Shown: in pieces, positions 45,624-56,392 of the stretch
Layout: every line of letters starts with the position of its first letter
Position numbering within the stretch: position 1 is the stretch's first letter
NCBI GenBank assembly: GCA_046329885.1
Contig: JAXLTU010000009.1
Coordinates: forward strand, 1,703 to 65,702
Direction of reading: 5' to 3'
Source of the DNA: Bacteroidales bacterium
GTDB lineage: Bacteria; Bacteroidota; Bacteroidia; Bacteroidales; VadinHA17
DNA length: 64,000 nt
The notes under the pieces: generated by a model
Database searches by the model: none
Told to the model about the DNA's origin: nothing
Seen by the model: the letters and a program-made list of their open reading frames with translations, nothing else
Made by a program: the position numbers and the translations under genes

Positions 45624-47447
45624 ATGAGGCTGTTACTATTTTGCGCACTCATTTTGATTTGTTTAATAGGCTGTAACAAGGGAGAAGATGAAAAAACAGG
45701 TTGCCTTACCGGTATTGTAATTGATGAATTCGACAAACCAATTGAGGGAGCAGAGGTTCTAATTACATCACCTTCATATACCAGGTATTCAAAAACTAAT
45801 AATCTGGGTCAATACTATTTTATGAATTCCCCGGTTTCAACATATACGCTGGATTTAAAAAAAGAGTCTTACATTTCATTAAGTGAAATAGTAACACTGG
45901 TTCAAAATGATACTGTTAAGAAAGATTTTGTACTTAAAGTAGGCATCCCTATTCTAACGATTTCGGATTCAATAATTAGCTGTTCTTCAGGCGTTTCCGT
46001 TTTTACTTGCAATATACTTTCAAATACCTCCTGGGTAATTACAAATACATGTAACTGGATCTCCACCAACATTCAATCGGGCAACAGAGATAATCTGTTA
46101 AGAATAAGTATTGCACAAAATGAAGGGAATACCGTCCGTAATGGAACAATCGTCATTAATGCGGGTGGTCTTTTTAGAACCATACGAATAACCCAGGATT
46201 TCGGTTTAAATCTTTTAGCTTACACAGGCTCGGACGGTAAAGCCGATTTATCAGATACTGTGTTTGTATTATTCAACAGGAAGGTTAAAGCCTTGGGTGT
46301 AAGAATGATTTCAAATGGGTTATCTTTTTACAGAGATGAAGGCGCAATCAGAAGCTTTAGCAATTCAAACGGCTTTAAGTTCCAGTGCACCGGAAAACTA
46401 ACAAGAGAGGATACATTTGAATATGCTGTTGTTGATATGAAAAATGGAGAGACTTGTACCGGAACCTTTAAAGTAGTCCATTTTACAAAAAGGATCGATC
46501 TAAAAGGAAAGATTAATGATTGTTATATTAGCCCTGACAATAATGAAATCTGGCTTGCATTGCAGGAAAATGATGAATTAGTTAAAGTTTCCCTTACAAA
46601 CCTGGAAATAGAAAAGAAGTATAGTTTGAGTTTCCCCCCATTGAGGATAAGGTTTAATCCTTACAATAGCAGGTTTTATATTATTCCGGGTAGGTACAAT
46701 TATTATCCGCCAGATCCCAATCTGTATGTGTTTGATTTTACTCAGGAAAGAGTTATCAAGACAATGTCATTTCAACCACATCCTGATGATCATCCTCAGT
46801 ACCCGGCAATATACCCCGGGGATGTTATGTTTACTAATTCCGGATTCGGAATTATCTTGTTTTCTTCTAATGGATCCAGCGGGGGCAATTATGACGCCAT
46901 TGATAGTTCACAGGGTGATAGCATCTACCATCCAACAAACTGGTCGCTAGAAACTAACACGGGTCATTCTCTTTACAGTAATTTTGATTATAGCAAAATT
47001 TACCTGACCGAAACTGCCTGTGTATTAAAGGTGATTGACGGGAACAGTCGTGAAATGAGCATTCTTAAACCTCCCATTGATGAGTGGCAGAGATTTGGAG
47101 GACTATCGGTAAATCAGAAAACAAACAAGATATATCTAAGTCAATATAATAAACAGTACATCTATAATCCGGATAACCTCGAGGTAGATGGGATTTTATC
47201 CTATTTCTGTCCGGGGCCGACCGGTAACTTCTCATACAGGCAAGGTGATGATAACATCATTTATGCCCTAGATTACTGGGATGATTATTTTTATGTTTTG
47301 GATTACAGAAATGCTCGTACATTAAGAACGATTCCAATTTATAACGATGGCAATTATTATAGCAAGGTCTTAACAACAACTGACGGAAAATATATGATAA
47401 TTCCACTTAAGAATAGGCTGTATGTATTTGATACAGAGCTGTTTTAA
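45624..47447 (+). CDS. lipoprotein with carboxypeptidase-regulatory-like and BACON-like domains plus a beta-rich C-terminal region
   Basis: ATG 45624 gives MRLLLFCALILICLIGC. GIVIDEFDKPIEGAEVLI..NNLGQYYF is CarboxypepD_reg-like. NTSWVITNTCNWIS..RNGTIVINAGG..IRITQ is BACON-like. Confidence 0.6.
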   Translation: MRLLLFCALILICLIGCNKGEDEKTGCLTGIVIDEFDKPIEGAEVLITSPSYTRYSKTNNLGQYYFMNSPVSTYTLDLKKESYISLSEIVTLVQNDTVKKDFVLKVGIPILTISDSIISCSSGVSVFTCNILSNTSWVITNTCNWISTNIQSGNRDNLLRISIAQNEGNTVRNGTIVINAGGLFRTIRITQDFGLNLLAYTGSDGKADLSDTVFVLFNRKVKALGVRMISNGLSFYRDEGAIRSFSNSNGFKFQCTGKLTREDTFEYAVVDMKNGETCTGTFKVVHFTKRIDLKGKINDCYISPDNNEIWLALQENDELVKVSLTNLEIEKKYSLSFPPLRIRFNPYNSRFYIIPGRYNYYPPDPNLYVFDFTQERVIKTMSFQPHPDDHPQYPAIYPGDVMFTNSGFGIILFSSNGSSGGNYDAIDSSQGDSIYHPTNWSLETNTGHSLYSNFDYSKIYLTETACVLKVIDGNSREMSILKPPIDEWQRFGGLSVNQKTNKIYLSQYNKQYIYNPDNLEVDGILSYFCPGPTGNFSYRQGDDNIIYALDYWDDYFYVLDYRNARTLRTIPIYNDGNYYSKVLTTTDGKYMIIPLKNRLYVFDTELF

Positions 47448-48367
47448 TAATGTCGAGATGTAAGCCATTATTTTGAACCACAGGAATTACTTCGGTTAGG
47501 AACATTTTCATTTATGCTTATGCTACCTTCACGATTGACCACGTTTTCATCCGCTAAACCGCGCCTGTAGGAATGGACAAAAACTTATCCATTCATGGTA
47601 AACAACGATTATTATGAAAATTTTTGCCGATTATAAAATGTCTTTGAATGTCTTGTTATTTGTATTTTTCCTCAAAAAGACATCGATAAGATTACGTGGC
47701 TCAAAAAAAATATACTATAGAAACCAATAGTAATTGATGCATTCCAATTTTATACTGCTGTTTAATTTTTGAATAAATTCCAGACTTTTATTGGGGGAAG
47801 GATTAATTATATTCATTATCACCTTGTTACTCATTACCATTCTGATTCTTTTCACCCCATGATTTAATGCTTTCTTATTAAAAAGAGAAAATGAGAAATA
47901 TTTTGGCTGTTCATTACTACAGGCAGAGGCACTAGATCAGAAAGAGATTTAATTATTAAACTAAAGAAAAATGGGACCCAAAAAAACAATATTCATTGAC
48001 CTTTAGTAAACAAAGAAAATGGCGACTATTCCCAGGTAGAGTTTATAATAAATTAACAAGTCCGGATTATCGTTATTGAAGTAAACTGTCTTGATGGCTG
48101 GATTTTTTGCAACGCGCAATATGATCAATGGACTAAGGTTCTAATATTTGGTAAAAGGAAATACTCGCGTTTTAACCCAATAAAGCATTATTCAACTCAT
48201 ATTAAAGATAAAGTAATGCTCCTGATTATCATCTATACCGGCTCTTCGACGCCGAGAAAGATGTCAGGATTTTTCAAAAGAACGGAGCACTGGATACAAT
48301 ATGCAGATCGGTCCCGACAATGTACAAGGGATTCTTCTGAAAAGAGTGTTGATATAGTTAACTAATC

Positions 48368-48967
48368 ATGGATCTGGACTACATCAGGTTCACAAAAAAA
48401 TCGCCAGCTGATCAGATTATCAATTGCGGCAAGTCGAAAACCCTTCTTGATTTTTGGCAATGGGCGTACTCCGATCTTGTAGGAAATACCGAGAGAGGAA
48501 TACTCGCCGAGTACCTGGTCGCGTTAGCCTGCAATATCGAAGAATCTGAACGTATCAGCTGGGATAGCTTTGATCTTCTGGTCGACGACAAGATCAAAGT
48601 CGAAGTTAAATCATCTTCTTACCTGCAATCCTGGCGACAAAAGAATTACTCCAGACCAATATTCGGTATAGCCAGGACCAAAGCCTGGGATCCGGTAAGT
48701 GGTATTTTCGAAAGCCAATCAAAACGACAAGCTGATTTATACGTTTTTGCACTCTTGTCGCATCAGGATAAACCGACCCTTAATCCTGTAGATACGAATC
48801 AATGGGAATTCTATGTTTTAAGCACCAGGATCATTAACTCATTCATGGGTGATAAAAAGTCGATTTCACTTGACAAAATAAAAGAACTCGGCGCCGCGAA
48901 ATGTGATTTTAAAAACCTGCATTTCAACATACAGGTAACATATGGTAACTTAGCTTCCAAACTTTAA
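48368..48967 (+). CDS. hypothetical protein with a PD-(D/E)xK nuclease-like motif
   Basis: ILAEYLV..SFDLLVDD-KIKVEVKSS fits the D...(D/E)xK arrangement. Orphan gene after a 0.9-kb ORF-free stretch. Confidence 0.45.
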   Translation: MDLDYIRFTKKSPADQIINCGKSKTLLDFWQWAYSDLVGNTERGILAEYLVALACNIEESERISWDSFDLLVDDKIKVEVKSSSYLQSWRQKNYSRPIFGIARTKAWDPVSGIFESQSKRQADLYVFALLSHQDKPTLNPVDTNQWEFYVLSTRIINSFMGDKKSISLDKIKELGAAKCDFKNLHFNIQVTYGNLASKL

Positions 48968-49132
48968 ATTTTCCGCGCAAACTGACAGCACTACTCAAAA
49001 AGACCAGATGAAGCCTGCCGAAACAAAAAAAATTCAAAATACAGTCTCTTTTTATTCTTATTCAGGATTCTGGCGATGGGACAGCCACGATCAAGGATTT
49101 CGTCAATACAAACTAAAGATTATATATTCAGC

Positions 49133-49990
49133 ATGAATTATAAAAAACCAACTCCATTCCTGACCTGGTTGCTTTTTAGCTTCATCACGGCCTCATCATT
49201 CGCGCAGGTGGCAAGCATGGACCAGGTAACTGTTTTCAGTTCAAGGGTTAAAAGTCCAATCAAATTTGATGTTAAATACGATACCGGCAATGTATATTTT
49301 AATGTCATAAACAGTTCATTCTTCCCCTATACCCTGGAAATAGAGTTTAACCAGTTCAGCAATCTTAGTCCGGTTGTTTTCAATGAGAAGACGGTTGTTC
49401 AACCTGGAAACACGAGACTCTACACTTTCAGGATAATGAACAGGAACGTCGCGCCGGAATTATCATATAAAACGAAGTATTACATGGCATATTCAAATAC
49501 GGGAGATGAAAGATATGGTCCCTACCTGGTACCAATTGGACGAGGCAGGATCGTTGAACTGGCCCTGAAGACAAATGAATCTACAAAGTCAATCATTTCA
49601 AACCAGTTCGTGTTGAACCCGGGTGATACAGTTTTCGCTGCCAGGAAGGGACTGGTTACAGCACTTCCGGATAACCAGGTCGAAACAGACAGGATCATGA
49701 CCTTCAGCCTGGAGATCAGACACGATGATGGGACTATCGCAGTTTATACCGGCCTCGATCCCGGAATAAAACTAGTTCAGATGAACCAGAAGGTTTATCC
49801 CGGCCAGCCCATCGGGGTGATCGGCGATTCAAGATCTTTAACATTCAATGTTTTCGAGATAAAGGACGGGGGAAAACTTTCTTCATTTGAGATAACTTAC
49901 AACGGGACAAACAAGGAGATTTTTTTACTATCAAAAATCCATAGCCAATGGCAACACGAAACCAGGATTGCTGTCCTACCTTCGAGGTAG
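49133..49990 (+). CDS. secreted protein with a degenerate M23/LytM-like beta domain (hypothetical)
   Basis: ATG 49133 gives a signal peptide ending SSFAQ. GDTVFAARKGLV..LEIRHDDGTIAVYTGL..VYPGQPIGVIGDS resembles M23 but lacks the full His set. Confidence 0.5.
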   Translation: MNYKKPTPFLTWLLFSFITASSFAQVASMDQVTVFSSRVKSPIKFDVKYDTGNVYFNVINSSFFPYTLEIEFNQFSNLSPVVFNEKTVVQPGNTRLYTFRIMNRNVAPELSYKTKYYMAYSNTGDERYGPYLVPIGRGRIVELALKTNESTKSIISNQFVLNPGDTVFAARKGLVTALPDNQVETDRIMTFSLEIRHDDGTIAVYTGLDPGIKLVQMNQKVYPGQPIGVIGDSRSLTFNVFEIKDGGKLSSFEITYNGTNKEIFLLSKIHSQWQHETRIAVLPSR

Positions 49991-50436
49991 AAAAATGGGA
50001 CGGGAAAACAATTAACTGGGAGAACAGGATTTTCCTTAAAGAATCGATTACCACTTTCTTTCATATTCCCTTTCCACCCGCCATTGGGAAAAAGGTGATG
50101 AAGATGCATAACCTCGCCCTGGAGACCGGGACATCTATTCCTGACAAGAGCGAGGCGCTGATCCTTTTCAGGGACCCCTCGGCTTTTAAATCGGAAATCT
50201 ACTATGCCGTGACAAAAGAGATAGAGGGTGCAAATGTCTCGAAGATCACGGGATCGTTTGTCGCGAGGGTATTCGACGGGCCGTATAACAGCATACCCCG
50301 CTTCATGAACGAAATGAACAGTTACCTGAAAGAGAAAGGGCAGGTTGCACTCGACTATTACGTCCATTATGCCTATTGCCCGAAATGCGCCAAGGAAACC
50401 GGGCATAATTACATGATACTGTTCGCCAAGGTGTGA
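49948..50436 (+). CDS. conserved hypothetical protein (CCP..W..W N-terminal motif, C-terminal CPKC)
   Basis: 162-aa ORF that overlaps the previous gene by 43 nt. No confident family. Confidence 0.5.
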   Translation: MATRNQDCCPTFEVEKWDGKTINWENRIFLKESITTFFHIPFPPAIGKKVMKMHNLALETGTSIPDKSEALILFRDPSAFKSEIYYAVTKEIEGANVSKITGSFVARVFDGPYNSIPRFMNEMNSYLKEKGQVALDYYVHYAYCPKCAKETGHNYMILFAKV

Positions 50437-50622
50437 GATAACTCAACCAGGTACCCCTGGTGATAATTATCCTGGTTGAAACCACATTAGTCGTTATTAT
50501 GGTGTAATTTTGAATTTACAGCCCGTTCTCAGTCCGGGTGGCATCAAATTACAGTTCAAGATCCTGTTTCGTTACAGATAGTGAAACCTCGTTCCTCGTT
50601 GAAATTGCAAAAAACGCCGGTA

Positions 50623-51066
50623 ATGAAAAAGACTCTCTTGTTATTCTTGCTTGCAGGTTTACTAGTGCCCGTCGACGCCCAGGTAAAATCTACTGTTCAA
50701 CAGGAGCAGCTGAACCTCGATCTCGATATGGCAAAAAGGACAAGGAACGTCGGCCTGGTCATGACTGTTACAGGTGGTGTTGCCGCCATAGGAGGAAGCG
50801 TGATGGCAACAAACGGTTTATTCAGGCATTATCCCGATACCCCGGGGAAAGTGAATAATGATACCTATTCAACAATGGGAGGGGTTATCGGGCTATGCCT
50901 GGTCATCACGGGAGTTTCCCTTGTCTGCATTGGAATACCGGTCTTCAGCATCGGTTCGATGAAATATCACAAAGCACAGAAGAGCCTTCAGATCTCCCTG
51001 GTAGAGATAAATGGTCCGGATAAATATACCCCGGTTAATGGCCTGGGATTAACGCTCAGGTTTTAG
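50623..51066 (+). CDS. hypothetical membrane protein
   Basis: ATG 50623 gives signal peptide MKKTLLLFLLAGLLVPVDAQ; two further hydrophobic helices. Confidence 0.55.
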   Translation: MKKTLLLFLLAGLLVPVDAQVKSTVQQEQLNLDLDMAKRTRNVGLVMTVTGGVAAIGGSVMATNGLFRHYPDTPGKVNNDTYSTMGGVIGLCLVITGVSLVCIGIPVFSIGSMKYHKAQKSLQISLVEINGPDKYTPVNGLGLTLRF

Positions 51067-51217
51067 CGGAATCAAAGCCTGCCCGCCTACGCAACCTGCA
51101 CGGCAAAACTAAAGCTTCTGAAAGATAACGTTACGGAGCGTTTCTTTTCGGGATTCTCCTAATAAACAGAGCTCATGTTACGTTTATAACCTGAGCGTTT
51201 TTTTAAATATTCCAGGC

Positions 51218-51787
51218 ATGAGCAAAACTAAACTTATTTCAGGCTTTGTCTTCTTATTATCCCTTGTCAGGGTATTCCCGCAGGATGCCAGTGATCAATC
51301 CTTCCTGAAGAACCAGGTCGGTATTCAGTTTAATCCAATTATTAATAAACGATTGTTGAGTAATGGAGGTTTTGGTCTTATTGAGACTGTTTCTTCCTTA
51401 CGTTATGGGTATAGAATTACCAAAAATTTCACAACGGGATTGGAAGTTGTCTTCAAATTTCCTATTCTTACGAATCCGTCATATCGGAAAGAGTCAGATA
51501 AATTTAACTACTTTGTTTATAGCATCGGTCTTACTGAAAGATACTCCATTTTTTCAGATAAAAGACTCCAGGTCTTCGCTGAAGTATCTCCTTACTTCGC
51601 GCACGCCTACAAGGAAGTGTGGACTTCTGGTGACCCGGCTCCATATACGAATGACGAATTCGGATGCTACGCTGCACCCGGTGTAACTTTATACTCGAAA
51701 AGCAGAAGAGTCAGCTTCGATCTATACTATGAAATCTTTTTTACCGGTCATACGATGCTTTCCTATAAAGTCAACTACAATTTTTAA
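51218..51787 (+). CDS. hypothetical outer-membrane beta-barrel-like protein
   Basis: Signal peptide; alternating beta-strand patterning; ends in aromatic ..KVNYNF. Confidence 0.55.
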   Translation: MSKTKLISGFVFLLSLVRVFPQDASDQSFLKNQVGIQFNPIINKRLLSNGGFGLIETVSSLRYGYRITKNFTTGLEVVFKFPILTNPSYRKESDKFNYFVYSIGLTERYSIFSDKRLQVFAEVSPYFAHAYKEVWTSGDPAPYTNDEFGCYAAPGVTLYSKSRRVSFDLYYEIFFTGHTMLSYKVNYNF

Positions 51788-52665
51788 TGCGTCCCTTTCT
51801 TAACGCCCTCGCGCTTTTTGCTGTACTCACCTCTTTTCAGTCGTGCAGAAAGGTTATTGAAATAGACCTTCCGCCGGCTAATTCAAAAGTTGTTGTCAAT
51901 AGCTTTTTTACAGATGGCAATCCGATAAAAGTCCATCTGTCGAAGAGCATTGGAGTACTCGATAATATAATCCCGGAATGTAACAACGCAACTATCATTT
52001 TATTAATTAATAATGTAAAAACCGACACTCTTTATCCGGATAACGGATATTATTATTCTCACGTTCTGGCCGAAAGAAGGAAGAACTATTCTCTGATTGT
52101 TCACGTTCCTGATATGGATTCTGTTTTCTGTGAGGATATCATCCCTGAAGAAACGATTCTTCAAAACTGTATTTGCACTGATTCAGTATTAATTGACGAG
52201 GATGGATTTATAATTAATGAACTAAAGCTTGATTTCCAGGATTCTACAGGGCCTTCCTTTTATGAAGTACAATTGTCTGCAAAATATATCATCGATAATA
52301 ATTATACATCAATTTGGTTTAAGAAAAACTCTGACCCTATAATAGCCTCAACCGGGCTTCTTGATTATAATCCAAAAACTCTGATTTTCAATGATAAGAT
52401 GTTTGATGGCAAACACTGCCAGGTTAAAATTTATTTCGCCACGCAGGCTTACGACGATTATAATCTCCGGATCATATTCAGATCGGTCTCGGAAGCATAC
52501 TACAAATACAAGGAAAGACAGGTCGTTTACCTGTTCAGCCTCGAAAATGACATTTTTGGCGGGATGGGTGAACCGGTAAACCTCTATTCAAATATTACGG
52601 GTGGTTTCGGGATTTTTGCCGCCTATTCGACTGATGAAAGGATTATCACCATTTCCGGCAAATGA
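51787..52665 (+). CDS. DUF4249-like lipoprotein
   Basis: Lipobox SFQSC, C-terminal GGFGIFAAYS motif. Overlaps start/stop with both neighbours, and sits directly upstream of a TonB-dependent receptor, the usual pairing. Confidence 0.65.
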   Translation: MRPFLNALALFAVLTSFQSCRKVIEIDLPPANSKVVVNSFFTDGNPIKVHLSKSIGVLDNIIPECNNATIILLINNVKTDTLYPDNGYYYSHVLAERRKNYSLIVHVPDMDSVFCEDIIPEETILQNCICTDSVLIDEDGFIINELKLDFQDSTGPSFYEVQLSAKYIIDNNYTSIWFKKNSDPIIASTGLLDYNPKTLIFNDKMFDGKHCQVKIYFATQAYDDYNLRIIFRSVSEAYYKYKERQVVYLFSLENDIFGGMGEPVNLYSNITGGFGIFAAYSTDERIITISGK

Positions 52666-55043
52666 TTAAGAAGTTCCTGATATTGCTTTCTCTTGTTGCA
52701 TTTTATGCTGACGGGTATTCCCAGAAGATAACCGTCAGCGGTTATGTCAAAGATGCAGCATCGGGAGAAATAATTGCCGGGGCTACTATTACCACTGCCG
52801 ACCTTCTTTATCACGCGACTTCCAACAGCTATGGCTATTATATCCTCAGCCTCAACAGGTCGGACGATTCAGTCAGAATACAGGCCTCTTTTGTCGGCTT
52901 TTCACCCTCGTCAGTCCTCGTGATACCCGGCGCGAACACGTCTGTTGATTTCGCGTTGATGAACACCAATATTCTTGATGAGGTGATTGTAAGCGCTGAA
53001 AGAACAGCTACCCGTGAAAAAAGAAGGGAGATGAGTGTTGTCACCCTGCCAATTTCGAAAGTCATGGCGATGCCATCTCTTGGAGGAGAGACGGACATAC
53101 TGAAATCGCTGCAGCTGATGCCGGGGATCCAGTCAGGTAACGAGGCATCAAGCGGGCTATATGTCAGGGGCGGGAGTCCTGATCAAAACCTGATGGTAAT
53201 CGACGACGTGCCGGTTTACTATGTCAACCACCTGGGCGGTTTTGTTTCAACCTTTAACTCCGACGCCATAAACAGCATCAAGCTAGTAAAAGGAGGGTTC
53301 CCTGCTCATTACGGGAGCAGGCTGTCGTCAGTCGTCGATATTAAAATGAAAGAGGGAAACTTGAAAGAGTTCCATGGAAACGCCATGATCGGCATGCTTG
53401 CATCTAAGATCATGATAGAGGGACCAATCAGGAAGGATACCACCTCTTACATGATTTCTTTACGGCGGTTCATGTACGATCTCATAACACGGCCATTGAC
53501 AAAGGCTACTTCAATAAATGGCACATCTATCGGTTACAATTTTTATGATCTGAACGCGAAGGTCAATCATATTATCTCTCCCAAAGACAGGCTCTACCTT
53601 AGCTTTTATTCAGGCGGGGATAAGATTTTATCAAGGCAAAGAAGCCAGACCGACCTGAACAAGCTGATCCTTGAATGGGGAAATATACTAGGGTCCTTCA
53701 GGTGGAATCATCTTTACGGGGAAAAACTCTTTTCCAATCTTACCCTTTACTCTACAAGGTACCGTCTGGCGAATGACTTCTCGAACACTTTTACCGTCGG
53801 GAACACCAGGGAAAAGACTTCAACGGCTTACTGGTCGGGTATCGTCGACCTGTCATTGAAAGTTGATTTTGATTATTATATCAGTCAGAATTACAGAATG
53901 AAATTTGGAGGCACTTCAATCTTCCATCATTTCAATCCCAATACCACCACGTATAAATCCGTCGAAAGCAGCGCGGCTGTTGATACCAGTTTTGGAAGCA
54001 GGAAGCAGAACGGTCTCGAGAACGCGGTTTATCTCGAGAATGAGATTTCAATCGGACCGAGGTTATACACCAACATCGGTTTCAGGGTCACAAATTACCG
54101 CATACCGGGCAAGGATTATTTCTCGTTTGAACCGCGATTCCTCGCAACATACATGATAGCAGAAAATACTCTCGTGAAAGCTTCTTACTCTTCGATGAAT
54201 CAATACATCCACCTGCTTACCGGATCGGGTCCAAACATGCAGAACGATATCTGGGTTCCTGTAACCGATGTCGTGGAGCCTTCGCTATCGAACCAATACG
54301 CCATCGGTCTTGAAAAAACAACGGGAAACGGGATGTACGAGATAAGCCTGGAAGCCTACTACAAGACGATGAATAACCTGATAACATACAAGGATGGTGT
54401 TGCCATCCTGTCGTCTGCCTCCGACTGGCAGTCACAGGTTGAGACCAATGGAAAGGGAAAGTCTTATGGTTTGGAATTTCTTCTTCAAAAAACAAGAGGC
54501 TCGGCAACAGGCTGGATAGCATATACATACTCTAAAACAACCCGCCAGTTTGAGAATAAAAATAATGGAAAACCATATCCTTTCAAGTACGACAGGACCC
54601 ACGACATCAGCATCGTGTATCAGCAGAGAATCAGGAAGAATATTCAGTTTTCCGCGACCTGGGTCTACGGGACAGGCAATCCATTTACCCTGGCGTATGG
54701 AAAATATAAAATGATGCCCGAGGTGATCAATGAGCAGGTTAATGAAAGCAACTATTTAAATTATGGTCAGGCCTATAATGATCTGAATTCGTACAGGATG
54801 CGTGCTTATCACAAGCTCGATATAGGAGTCAATTTTTACAAGAAGGTGAAGCGCGGCGAGAGGACCTGGAACATCAGTATTTATAATCTTTATAACCGCC
54901 AGAACCCGTATTACTATTTCCTTTCTTCATCATACCAGTTCGACCAGCTGGGTCAGGTAATACCCGAAGCAACAAAAACTGTCCTGAAACAGCAGAGCTA
55001 CTTCCCGATCATCCCCTCGTTCAGCTACAGCCTGCGGTTCTGA
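52662..55043 (+). CDS. TonB-dependent receptor with N-terminal carboxypeptidase-regulatory-like domain
   Basis: ISGYVKDAASGEIIAGATI (CarboxypepD_reg), plug motifs DILKSLQLMPGIQSGNE and GLYVRGGSPDQNLMVIDDVPVY, long barrel ending in aromatic ..SYSLRF. Confidence 0.85.
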   Translation: MIKKFLILLSLVAFYADGYSQKITVSGYVKDAASGEIIAGATITTADLLYHATSNSYGYYILSLNRSDDSVRIQASFVGFSPSSVLVIPGANTSVDFALMNTNILDEVIVSAERTATREKRREMSVVTLPISKVMAMPSLGGETDILKSLQLMPGIQSGNEASSGLYVRGGSPDQNLMVIDDVPVYYVNHLGGFVSTFNSDAINSIKLVKGGFPAHYGSRLSSVVDIKMKEGNLKEFHGNAMIGMLASKIMIEGPIRKDTTSYMISLRRFMYDLITRPLTKATSINGTSIGYNFYDLNAKVNHIISPKDRLYLSFYSGGDKILSRQRSQTDLNKLILEWGNILGSFRWNHLYGEKLFSNLTLYSTRYRLANDFSNTFTVGNTREKTSTAYWSGIVDLSLKVDFDYYISQNYRMKFGGTSIFHHFNPNTTTYKSVESSAAVDTSFGSRKQNGLENAVYLENEISIGPRLYTNIGFRVTNYRIPGKDYFSFEPRFLATYMIAENTLVKASYSSMNQYIHLLTGSGPNMQNDIWVPVTDVVEPSLSNQYAIGLEKTTGNGMYEISLEAYYKTMNNLITYKDGVAILSSASDWQSQVETNGKGKSYGLEFLLQKTRGSATGWIAYTYSKTTRQFENKNNGKPYPFKYDRTHDISIVYQQRIRKNIQFSATWVYGTGNPFTLAYGKYKMMPEVINEQVNESNYLNYGQAYNDLNSYRMRAYHKLDIGVNFYKKVKRGERTWNISIYNLYNRQNPYYYFLSSSYQFDQLGQVIPEATKTVLKQQSYFPIIPSFSYSLRF

Positions 55044-55434
55044 TATTCTGATTTCAGTTTACCCGGCTACAGTGCTTTCGGCTTGTGATGTCAATGAAAA
55101 GAATTTCAGGGAAGCTTTACCCCGGATTTAACCATTAATGGCGAAACACCCTGCAGAGTTTTCGAAGAAATTACGGCATGACGGGTTAATCCCTTTTCAA
55201 CCTGGCCGGGAATTCATTAAACCCGTGAAGTTTAACTAAGCCTGTTCTGAAACTTGTAACACCTGCCTTTTGTCGCGGGTTAAAACCTTACAGATCAGTA
55301 ATCTCATTGCTAACATAACATCACCATCCAATGACCATCCGATTGGCACGAAGATCAAAGCACCATGTTTGTCTAGCCATAAATGCCACAAGGAGATAAG
55401 ACTGGTGATTTTAATATATTTGAAAAAATCTTGC

Positions 55435-56331
55435 ATGTTTAAATGTATTTCAATAAAGCTTTTCCTTCTGCAGGTGTTATTCACTGCCCCGGTTCTGTTG
55501 TTACAGGGACAGTCCAGCCTGTTAAAACCCAATACACTCGCGGGAAAAATAGCTTCAATAGACGGGCTGGTCTCTTTATGGACGTTCAGTGAAAAACCGG
55601 GAGAGGAAAGAAAAGCCACTGGCAAGGGAGAATTCCCGTTAAAAGAGACAAATGGGAATGTAACAAGGGTCAATGAAGGTCCCCTCTCGGGATACTCGAT
55701 TGCACTCGATGGTATTGCTTATTTGTCGCTTGACCATCGCGCCACCGGCCAGCTGAACATTCATGGTGAAAAAGCTGAGGTAACAGTCGTGGCCTGGATA
55801 AAATGGACAGGTGAACAGACAGGGTTCGTGGGAGGGATGTGGAATGAATACCAGGATGGTGGTAAAAGACAATACGGCCTGTTTGTTTCATTGCCTCATT
55901 ATAACGGGAAGGATCAGGTATGCGGGCATGTATCAAAAACCGGGAAGCCGACACCTCCTTTCCCCTATTCAATAGACTACTCGGCAAGCAGGCAGAAAGT
56001 CCCGGAAAATGAATGGTGCACCGTGGCTTTCACATACGACGGCAAATATATAAGATCGTACCTGAACGGGGTATTTGAAGCCCGTGAACCTGAGCTGATA
56101 AGTAACACCGGCGGGTTTGCCGGCTATCGCCAGGGACTGGTATGCAGCAAGAATCCTTATTACTTCCCCGACGGCATGGGGAACAATGGCTCTGATTTTA
56201 CCGTGGGTGCCGTACTGCTAAAGTCGGGGATGGGTAATTTCTTCAAGGGCCTGATAGGGGGACTGGCCGTGTTTGACAGGGTTCTTTCGGAAGATGAGTT
56301 GAAAGGCATTTGCCCGGAACCTGCCGGCTAA
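55435..56331 (+). CDS. LamG/concanavalin A-like domain protein
   Basis: ATG 55435 gives a signal peptide. VTVVAWIKW..WCTVAFTYDGKYIRSYLNG..GGLAVFDRVLSEDEL matches the Laminin_G_3-type pattern. Confidence 0.6.
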   Translation: MFKCISIKLFLLQVLFTAPVLLLQGQSSLLKPNTLAGKIASIDGLVSLWTFSEKPGEERKATGKGEFPLKETNGNVTRVNEGPLSGYSIALDGIAYLSLDHRATGQLNIHGEKAEVTVVAWIKWTGEQTGFVGGMWNEYQDGGKRQYGLFVSLPHYNGKDQVCGHVSKTGKPTPPFPYSIDYSASRQKVPENEWCTVAFTYDGKYIRSYLNGVFEAREPELISNTGGFAGYRQGLVCSKNPYYFPDGMGNNGSDFTVGAVLLKSGMGNFFKGLIGGLAVFDRVLSEDELKGICPEPAG

Positions 56332-56392
56332 ACAACAACCAGCACAGGATTGTTTTTTAAAAAGATGATCAGGTTAAACTAAAAAGTGTAAA

